A program made the translations under genes and the position numbers. The notes under the pieces are model-generated. The model ran no database searches, was not told where the DNA came from, and saw only the letters and a program-made list of their open reading frames with translations. Shown piece after piece: positions 52,192 through 62,567 of a stretch of DNA of 64,000 nt (positions within the stretch are counted from its first letter, which is position 1; each line of letters begins with the position of its first letter). Source of the stretch: Hemiscyllium ocellatum (Eukaryota); assembly GCF_020745735.1 (NCBI RefSeq), contig NC_083406.1, forward strand, positions 11,594,001-11,658,000, in the 5' to 3' direction.

Positions 52192-53439
52192 AATGTATCC
52201 ACGAACCATTCACATTTTTCTCATCTACATGGTATCCCTTAGCAATATCATCTGAAAATACCAACATCAGTTTCACATCTAGACTGAAGGCATCCAACAT
52301 CATCACATCAACACCTCTCTCAACCCTTTCACTGTCTCTAAATGTTCCCACTATGTATAGAGCATCTAAAATTCAAAAGCAGCAATTTCTTCCAAGACTG
52401 AAGTTTCAGACCCATCCACAAACTCCACACTTCCATCAATTCCATTTTTTTCAAGGGCAACAGTGCCATGTAAACACAGAACTATGCTGACCATTCCCAG
52501 AAGGCAGCCACTGTCTGCTTGAAGCCAACAGAAAAGGCAGGGTACAACCATATTGGGACCTCGCTCTCCCTTGCTGAAGAGAATAGACAGATCTTCAGAG
52601 GTTCGGCTGAACGAATGCTTTGGAATGAGAGAGAATAGGCCAATTTACTTGTATAAGCTACTAGAGGGTCCCAGAGCTTTTAACATCAAATGAAAATATT
52701 TTCTTTGGCTCTGCAGCGAGTCTCACAGTGATGAGACCTTTAGGGTTCATTGAAGTTTGCTTTGAAACCTGCATTTCCAAAAGTCCTGGCCCATTACCAA
52801 GCTGCTTGAAGATTGTAAAAGGGTTAATAATTAATGACAAATGGATTCACTGTTCTCTTCTGCCCATCAACACAGTGAAACTTTCAGAGCGTCCCTCACT
52901 TGTCAAGATCCTGACACAGTGTCTAGGATCACAATTTTTGAGTTATGGTCTCACTGAGTCCCAATTCTACAAACATTTAAATGTGCAGCCGTCTGCTTAT
53001 ATGGTTCTGGAAGTCAATGCTTTAGTGTTGCTCCAATCTTATGGTTTTATAATCCTATTATTCTGTGATTTCCTGTTTCTGTATTCTTTGAGTCTGTGAG
53101 TTTCTGTTGCAATGATTCCAAATTTCTGATTATATGGTAATGATTCTAATCAGTTGATTCTGTGATTCTTTTATCACATAATGTTAGTAATCAGTGAATT
53201 CTATGTATCTATAATTCTCGAGTTATTTGATTCTTATCACTTATCTCTATAACCTATCATTGTGATATCAAGACTAATGATTTGCTGATTCTATATATCT
53301 TAAAGACTTTTAATGCTTTCAAAACCTTCTCAACATTGTGGTACAAGTGACATATTCATATGCCATTGAACGTTAATCCACTTAATTAGTGGAACAATAA
53401 CATTTGAATCATAAAATGAATCATTGTGGCAATAACTAG

Positions 53440-53768
53440 GCTGTTGCCCCTAAGTCCATTTTAAATCTTTCCCCTCTCACCTTAAACCTCTACTCTCTAG
53501 TTTTGGACTCTGCTATCCTCATGAAAAGGCCTTGACTATTCACCTTCTCCTTGTCCCCTTGATTTTATAAACTTCCAGAAGGGCACCCTTCAGCCTTGAA
53601 TGCTCCAGAAAAAATAGCACCAGCCCATTCAGCTTCTCCCCATAACCCAAACCCTCTAAACCTTTCACTATTCTGTTTACCAGTGACTTTACTTTCAAGG
53701 AATTATGAATCAGCACTCCAAGGTCTCTTTGTTCAGAAAAACTCCCCAGGACCTTACCATTAAGTGTG
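53440..53768 (-). mobile_element. CR1 internal fragment with deletions
   Basis: TLNGKVLGSFSEQRDLGVLIHNSLKV; RLKGALLEVYKI. Confidence 0.85.
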
Positions 53769-54543
53769 TCAGTAAGATAAAGAAAGATATTTCCACTGAG
53801 GCTGAATATGGGCCTATCCAAACAACTTATTTAACCGTTACATTCATTAACAAACTCAATACCTTTGCATTTTGTTCAAGATGATAAAGATGATAAAGCT
53901 GTTAGTTTAACAAATGTGTGAAATCCTTTTCATGGTTTTTAGTTTACGTAATTTGAACAGTGATCAGTTCAAATAGCCTGCAGCATTCTAGATAATATTG
54001 AAGAAACATATTTCCCTTCTTTGAGCCTTTTATGTTTTCCAGATGACAAGTATAGATTAATCAGATTAAATACCTTTGTTCACATTATTTTGTTAGGAAG
54101 CATTACCTGATGTGCCATTCTTCATAAAGGATTTAGAATTATTCTGCTTTGTCCATCTTTGCCTTTTATCAGTTTCCAAACTTTGACCCTTGACAACAAC
54201 CTTTTACTTGCAGTTTTTCTAATAGCTATTCTCTTGTACATTCTTTAACCCAGCAATGCCTGAAGTGCTGTGTTTGAACCAAGGCATTACCTTTCACCAT
54301 TACACTACTTAGTATTCCATGTCTTTGCTTGCTTTTTTTATCTGAAGCTGCTCAGCATCCAAGTCAAAGCTGGTTTCTAATTGCACTGCAAGAGTAGGCA
54401 GATTTTTATAACTTTCACAATTTGTTTCAGAAACTAACCTATGTATTTTTTTTTACAAAAGGTTATAGTTTCAGTGTTAGCTTCAAAATACTTTGGTTAA
54501 TTGCTCATTTGTGCCAAACCTGAAAGATAACACAGAAATTTAA

Positions 54544-55068
54544 ACTGGTTTCTATGTCTAGTTTTCTCGACTACTAGCTTGTTTGGTGAGTTTTGTATGA
54601 CCAAAACTGAGGCAGTGAGGCAAACTGGCCATCAACAAGGTGGTTAAAACACCTTCATCAACATGTACTTTGACTGGAACTCCATGACTTGCTTTGGAAT
54701 CGTAAAGTCTAAAGAGAAAATTTATTTATTAAAGATCCAAATCCTATTTGCTGCAATTTGGGGTATATCGCCTCAAAAAGATTGGGTGAAGTGGTGTACA
54801 ACTCTGAGTGACATTGGCAACAATAAGATTTGTGATGAGAACTCCTGTCAGACCGATCTTGAAATTGGGAGCATCCCACTTCATCATTTTTGCTTTTGAT
54901 AAGCAGCATAGCAGGTTTCTTACTTGCCAATGAGAAGTTACTCGTTAAGGGGGATTACTGCTTGGTAACCACCTTGTTGATGGCCAGTTTGCCTCACTGC
55001 CTCAGTTTTAGTCATACAAAACTCACCAAACAAGCTAGTAGTCGAGAAAACTAGACATAGAAACCAGT
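54544..55068. repeat. 103-bp near-perfect inverted repeat with a 319-bp spacer, unclassified
   Basis: 54544-54646 is the reverse complement of 54966-55068 with one mismatch (54602/55010); no TSD seen. Confidence 0.95.
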
Positions 55069-55479
55069 GCAGTTATCTGGTGAGTTCAGCTCGCTGTTTA
55101 CTCTGAATCCCTTTCATATTGATGCTGAGCATTGACATATCAAATCACACTCCATGGACACTGGCCGCATATACCCCAGACAATCGAAAACTATGATAAC
55201 AGGATATCAAAGTCGAAACATCCTGGTCATAGGTGACCATACAAGAATGTAAATGATGGAATACATTTTGAGGACTTGGGGGAAAACTGGGTTGGGGCTA
55301 TCCTCCTACTTTTAATAGAATTCCAAAGAAGGAAAAATGCAGGTTTGGGCTGATAGACAAAACAAAAACAAATGAATCCCAGAAATCCCTCGGAAATAAT
55401 TCATGGACACTTCCAATGTGACTCCATCATAAAGATAAACAGCAAAAAAAATAGAGTTAATGGCAGATGACTTAAGTCT

Positions 55480-56615
55480 TTCAGAAAGCTTTTGATAAAG
55501 TCCCACATAGGAGGTTAGTGAACAAAATTAGGGCACATGGTATTCGGGCACAAAGTACTAACTTGGATTGAAAGTTGGTTGGCTGACAGGAAACAAAGAG
55601 TAGTGATAAACGGCTCCATTTCGGAATGGCAGGCAATGACCAGTGGGGTACCGCAGGGATCAGTACTGGGACAGCAGCTTTTTACAATCTATATTAATGA
55701 TATAGAAGATGGTATTTGTAATAACATTAGCAAATTTGCTGATGATACTAAGCTGGTGGCAGGGTGAAATGTGAGGAGGATGTTAGGAGATTACAGGGTG
55801 ACCTGGACAGGTTAGGTCAGTGGACGGATGCATGGCAGTTGCAGTTTAATGTGGATAAGTGCATGGTTATCCACTTTGGTGGCAAGAACAGGAAGGCAGA
55901 TTATTACAACAATGGAATCAATTTAGGTAGAGGGGCAGTATAAAGAGATCGGGGTGTTCTTGTACACCAGTCAATGAAGGTAAGCATGCAGGTACAACAG
56001 GTAGTGAAGAAGGCTAATAGCAAAGAGGTTCTTCTGCAGCTGTACAGGGCCCTGGTGAGACCACACCTGGAGTACTGTGCAGTTCTGGTCTCCCAATTTG
56101 AGAAAAGACATTCTGGCTATTGAGGGAGTGCAGCTTGGATGCACGAGGTCAATTCCTGGAATGGCAGGACTACCTTACGCTGAAAGACTGGAGTGACTGG
56201 GCTTGTATATCCTTGAGTTTAGAAGACTGAGAGGGGATCTGATTGAGACATATAAAATTATTAAAGGATTGGACACTCTGGATCAGGAAACATGTTTCCG
56301 CTGATGGGTGAGTGCCGAACCAGAGGACACAGCTTAAAAATATGGGGTAGACCATTTAGGATAGAGATGAGGAGAAATATCTTCACCCAGAGAGTGGTGG
56401 CTGTGCCCCAGAGGGAAGTGGAGGCCCAGTCTCTGGATTCATTTAAGAAAGAGTTGGATAGAGCTCTCAAGGATAGTGGAATCAAGGGTTATGGAGATAA
56501 GGCAGGAACAGGATACTGATTAAGGATGATCAGCCATGATCATATTGAATAATGGTGCAGGCTCGAAGGGCAGAATGGCCTACTCCTGCATCTATTGTCT
56601 ATTGTCTATTGTCTA
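55480..56615 (+). mobile_element. CR1 LINE, 5'-truncated
   Basis: FQKAFDKVPH, SGVPQGSVLG, SKFADDTKL, RTRGHSLKI; (ctattgt)3 tail. Confidence 0.95.
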
Positions 56616-57121
56616 AGTGTATATCAGGATGATTCACTCAATTCTGCTGTATTACATAACGGTTGTAACTCAACAGTATGCAGCATCAACTAGCTGAACT
56701 GTTATTTGGAAATCCAGACAAAGCAGAAAAAAAAGAGTAAAAAGTTATGATAGCTCAGTCTACTTTCAATTTGGAAATGATAATTTATTAGCAGCTTGAA
56801 AGAGAGTGGTTCTCCCCTGTGAAATTGCTGAACCTTATCATTTTAAAAGCACTGTTGTCATCAACCAGTGTGACAGACTATTATTACTGAGTAAGTCCTT
56901 GATTAAAAAGTAGCAATATATTTGGACATGGAGAATGATAAAGCATTTCTATTCACCACAGAGATCAGCCTGCCATTCAGGGGAGCTGTGGAAATTGTGT
57001 ATGCATCTATTGGGCAAATGATGCTTTTTGGGTGCCTATTTCTCAGGAGTGGTAGATTTGTTAAGGTTAGGATACTCATGATTGAGTGTGAGAGCCTTCA
57101 AGTTGGCGAATTGATTGCTGT

Positions 57122-57302
57122 GTGGATCCTGCAGTTGTTGGAGATCAGATTACAAGAATATCGTCCTGGAAAAACACAGCAGGTCAGGCAGCACCCGAGG
57201 AACAGGAGAATTCCTGATGAAGGGCTTATGCCCGAAACATTGATTCTCCTACTCCTCTGATACTGCCTGACCTGCTGTGTTTTTCCAGCACTGCACTCTT
57301 GA
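57122..57302. mobile_element. PLE family 1 fold-back insertion
   Basis: Inverted arms; hammerhead at ~57210; 13-bp TSD aattgattgctgt (57109-57121) / aattgactgctgt (57303-57315). Confidence 0.8.
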
Positions 57303-58369
57303 AATTGACTGCTGTAAGAATTAATACATTTCAACAATAATAAATTGGTGGTGAAAATCTTTTGGATAACCTGTGAGCATGAAATATACCACATACAGAT
57401 GCAAGTTCTTTCTTCTCATCCATCCAATTTCTACTTTTGGCCACATTTGACATAATTAACAATAAAGGATATATATTGCTCCAATTAATCCATTTCATTG
57501 TCAATTGTGCAACAGCAAACTAGTGAGAATTAAATACAAAGAGATAGAAGTCTTCCTCTCTGGGTATTCAGATAATATCTCTTTTTATAGATTTGGATTG
57601 ACATCCACACTGTTTTTAAAATTTAGATGGAATAAACATTTCAATTTAACCCACGTTAAGGAGGCAGCAGATGAATTGAGTTGTCAAATAAAGGTTGCTG
57701 GAGGGCTCACAGTGCCAAATTTCAGATTCTCCATCAGGTAACCGCAGTATTAGCCAGTCATAAATAATTACTTATTTCTCAATCACTGCTTACTGTTCTT
57801 AGCAAAATCTTATAAAGCACATTGTGATCTATATCCCTGAGACAACAAGCAAGGTGGAAAGAATATTACTTGTCAGTTCCTTATACCTTGAGCTGATTGC
57901 GAATACTCACCTACACCTGCTACAAATAGTCCTATTTGCTATTGGTGAAAAAGCTTCCTTGTTCTCGATCTGCAATCAATGTATTGAGGGAATGTGTGTG
58001 TCTATTCCTCCTGTGCCATCCTCAGCTCATTCACCTCTCACTATACTCGAGTTAGCATTAAGCTTTTCTATTATTTTATTATGGCTGTGCCCAACTGTGA
58101 GGTTAATCAATGTTGCAGGAGTTTATTTTGATGTTGAAAAACATTACTTTTTTTTAAAAATGTTGTAAATATTAGCTATATACAGATCAAATTTTCACCT
58201 CTGCCATGAAGCTACTAGACAGAACAATCTCATTGTACTCACGTGACCTAATTTTGTAATCTAGTAAAATAAAGCACTTTGTAAGTTGCTATCTGCTTTT
58301 TCATTCAGAGGTTTACTCCAGATATCAACAATTTTTATTTTATGGTCAGAGAAAATAATTTTAAGAAAA

Positions 58370-58520
58370 TCATGATGGGCAATTGTTTTTACGCCGAGAG
58401 TTATTCATGTGTGGAACAAACTTCCTGAGGAAGTGATGGAACTGGATACACTTACAATGTTTAAAAGATATTTGGACTTGTTGGGCCAAATGGCCTGTTT
58501 CTACACTGCAGGGATTCATC
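58370..58520 (+). mobile_element. CR1 3' fragment
   Basis: FTPRVIHVWNKLPEEVMELDTLTMFKRYLD. Confidence 0.8.
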
Positions 58521-59129
58521 ATGCCTCAATTGATAAGTAAGATCTGGGGAAACTGTGTAGCTTTTAAATTAATAATGATATGAGGTTTTTGTTGTTATTG
58601 TAGAGATTATACTTTGGTCCTGAAATATTTGGGCTTTCAACTGAAGAAAAGTAGGGTTGATTGTTTCTGTTGTATATGAAAAGGTCTGGCATTTTTTTCT
58701 GTCAAAAACTCTGGCATCAGCTTTTACATGAGATGAACGTTTATAAAAACACATACAGTGTAACAAGAAACTTCTAAAACTATAACTTATCCACAAGCAA
58801 GGTGCCTGGTCGTTTAAAAAATAAACTATTGTTGGACACTTCCTCAAGCTCCCCACTTCTTGCACACGTAACACAGACGTTGCCTGGATACTTGTTGTTC
58901 AGTTGTAAGGATCCTAGCATTATATTAGCTGGTTAGGCTATATGATCAAGATACACCAAATTGGACCTTGCCAGCGTACTCAAACAATACTTCACTTGGC
59001 TAAACACAGTACAGGACGTACAAGAAGTAGCTAGAGTGAGAAAGACAATTAATTTCTCGCTGGGGAGAATGCATGAACTAGTACAATTAGGCTGCATAAT
59101 AGAATATAATCTAAGTATAAATGCACAGG

Positions 59130-59480
59130 GAGGTGATGGCCCTATCAGTATCATCACCCAACTATTAATCCAGAGATCTGGATAATATCATGGGACCCAG
59201 GCTTGAATCCCATCGTGGTTGATGATGAAGTTTTAATTCAATACAAAAACAATATGTAATTCAGTCTACCATGTCCATTAATCCATTGCCAATTGTTGGG
59301 GAAAACCCCATCGGATACATTAACATCCTTTAGGGAAGGAAACTGCCAATCTTACCAGGTCTGGCTACACATGACTCCAGACCCACAACAACGTGATCGT
59401 CTCTTAAACTATCCCCTGGACAATGAGAGATGGGCAACAAATGCTGGCCTAGCCAGCAATTACCTCATCATGTAAATGAT
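59130..59480 (+). mobile_element. SINE family B
   Basis: 'catcctttagggaaggaaactgcc...catgactccagacccacaac...gatgggcaacaaatgctggcctagccagc'. Confidence 0.75.
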
Positions 59481-61036
59481 TTTTAAAGGATTATGTTTTT
59501 CTTTAGATTAAAAAATAAACTTACTGGCCTTTTTAAGAGTAGTAACATTGAATAGTTGTATTAAATATAGTTATCACACAAATTCTGCATTTTAAAAAGA
59601 GCATAATTCCTCCCACTGACATTTTAAAGAACAAACAGTACCATAACCATTTACAAGTTTCAGTGATGTATTTTAGCTAGTTACTTCATAAATTAAGCAT
59701 TTGGTAATATGCAAACGCTCACAAATGTCGGTTGCCTCCCAAAAAATAACTCAATTCAAAGACTTTTCAAATGTGCACAAACAGAGGTAGAGGCAATCAA
59801 TGGAAGCTCGCATTGTTTCCTGATATTTTGATCTGGGGACATGACTTTTGGCTGGAAATAAATTTCTTCTTTCTCAACCAGCACTAAAGATAGTAGATTT
59901 ACACTGCAAGTAACTTATAATAAATTTCCCCATCTTTTGGGCTACGTCAGATGATTTCACCCAATTGCATCAATAAAGTAATTTACCTCAATAAATCTGT
60001 AAATTACTTCCAATGTACTATTCATACATTATTCTAATCAGCAAAGATGTACAAATGTGCATTAACTTGGTTTGTGAAAAAGGTAGATACTTGAAAAAGT
60101 AAAGCCTGTCAAGATGCACAAAATAGTTTCACTAAGATGCCTGAGAAAGTTTTGGTTAACCCTTTGACACCCTCCCTTTCATTTGGAGTCTAACCGCCAG
60201 ACATTTTATGTTTCCTTCCCTTTAGCAATCGTGAAAATATCGCTGAGTTTAATCCCAGGAAAATATGTTTACTGTTCTGTTCCAGTACAATAGCAGTTAT
60301 ACTCTTGTCAGCAGTTTACATCGAGAATTAATAAATATCACAAACAACATTAATGTATTATAATCTAGGCAGAAATCAAAATAACTTAACAAGATGTGTA
60401 AAACCTGAAGGCTAAATGTCATTGTTTACTCTTGAATTATTATAAAATTACTTTAGCGCGACATCCTATTTTCTATGAGAACTTGACCTGTTCTATTCTT
60501 AAAAGGTTTCAATAACCACCTTACTTCTTTCCTGGAGGCTTTTAACAGGAAGTATTTTGAAAGAAAGATCGAAGTATACTCCATAGGGTACTGGGAGAGG
60601 CTTTGATGACCTACAAAGTAAACCCTTAGGGAAAGCCCTGACATAAAAGTGTGGACTTTTGAATAAGTTACAGGAAGCTTAATCATGTAGACAATATGGC
60701 ACCTTCTGCTTGTAAAAGATTATAACACAAGAGCTATTGACTTAATGAACCTATGTTCAATTAACAAACCAGCCATGAATCACCCTTCCATTTAAATTAT
60801 TGACTAGTCTCTCAGCTTTCAGGGAAGAAAAAGGGAATGTTATTAAAAAAGACAAGCTAATTCCACCTCAGTGTTATGCATTCATTTTTGTTTATTGGGT
60901 GGTTGCAGTTATTGTCTCAAACATGCGTGTGTGAGAATGATGCAAGTTACCAATATTCTGCAGCTTTATTATCCAGCATCACCATTGAGCATTCTCAGGC
61001 TCAGGATGCTTTGCCTCAACTCAAATTCTTTCATAA

Positions 61037-61155
61037 GGGCCTCTCGTGGTACAGTGGTAGTGTCATCACCGTTGGACCAGGGAGCTCAGATTCAAGGCCC
61101 ATCTGCACCAGGGGTGTGTAATAACATTTCAGGACTATAATGATTGGAAAAATAG
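61037..61155 (+). mobile_element. Short tRNA-derived SINE-like element
   Basis: A box tggtacagtgg; degenerate B box agattcaaggccc; lies between 16-bp direct repeats attgagcattctcagg (60984-60999, 61156-61171). Confidence 0.55.
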
Positions 61156-62567
61156 ATTGAGCATTCTCAGGATGAATAACCTGATTCAATAGAATGTTCA
61201 GTGTGTATATAATAAACCCTAAGCAAAATATCCAAATACATTATTTGTTATAAATATTTCATATTTAATTGTTTTTGCAGACTTGTGATGGAAGGATCAT
61301 GGATCCCTGAATTAGGTTTGGTTGAGAAATGTCAAAAAAAAGACATTGAAACATGTTTGCAATCAAGCTTTTCATGATGGTTTCATATCCTGTAATATTC
61401 AGTGGAGACCATCTGCCAGGCTTGATGTCTGCCAGGTTACTTCCTGCTTTGGTTATTGTTTGAAACAGTTGGTGACTAGCTTGCTGAAGGAAAGGTATTT
61501 CCCAGGTTAGATCTCTTGTTCCTGGAAAAGACCTTGCTTTGGGTCCTGTGTGGTAGCTGGAGACCTCGTCCAACTTTGCAAATGTGAAAGGCTTCAAAAA
61601 CAGTTTGAGGCCGTTTCCTGAATGATGCATCTCAGTGGTCTCCAATGACAAGTGTGTTCAGTGACATCTGTCTTCACATGCCAGAATATCAGGTGGACAG
61701 CATTGTGAACATCCTTTTGCCTTCTAGAAAACACCATAATTGACTTAAAGTGCTTGTATATTTGGCTGTTTAGATACTTATGTGTTCATTGTGTGCATTA
61801 ACTAATTCTGCATCGTTTTTAGAAAAGGTTTTGTTTCTATAATAAACTAATCTTTTTTTTTATCAAAGAAGCCTTTTTTTTATTCTAAGTCTAATTATGG
61901 GAAAGTGGAAACATTGGCCAATTAGAGATTAGTTGAAACAAGTAAATTTATGTTGAGATCCATGGACTAATGAGGACTAGAGAACAACAAATAATACTTA
62001 TATTTCAGTCTTAGTGTGTTGTCCAAGGTAATTTGTCCATAAAGGGTCAATCTTTACCTCATCTTGGGCCCACCTAATGAATGGTGGTAAGTAATACACT
62101 ACTATTAATAGACTAAAGCCTCGTTTTGTCGTTGATTAGCCACTGAATAATCTCATTTCCCAAACTATTTTATGTGGTTCAAATCTTCTTGGCATTTAAT
62201 GTTTTGATCCTGAAGAGCTTTCAATTCATTTTGAAGCTTTTGGTTTTGCATTCTGGATTCTCATAATTCTATCAAACCTGTACACTTCTGCTGCTCCAGT
62301 ATATTTGCTCCTTCATAACCCTTAATAACTGTACAGTCTCTTCAGCTGGTTTGTGCCTTTTTGTTTCTTAGGTTGGTTGGTTTAAACCATCCTTCTACCT
62401 TGAGTTAATTTAGTTGAGAATTTTTGCAAGTATTTATTTCTAAACAGATTGTTCTTTGAAACGTTTACAGCTCCTTGTGTTGTGGACTGTATGTCTCCAA
62501 CTGTTTTTGTAGGTCTGTCCTTTTTTCCATTGCTTCTTGGAGCACAGACTGATGTTGTTGTAGACAA

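Larger units (their letters stand above)
51060..52450 (+). mobile_element. Old L2 LINE RT fragment interrupted by HE1/CR1
   Basis: KTKTILIKVTNNISDDSGKGSLAPLILLKLSASFDI corresponds to the L2 STETAL-KV-ND...LLDLSAAFD motif. Confidence 0.75.

Noticed and set aside
8886-57302. Short inverted-repeat elements as MITEs or miRNA hairpins
   Set aside because: Arms are asymmetric, TSD length varies (9-16 bp), and the sequence matches the 3' end of GIY-YIG-coding PLE copies in the same window
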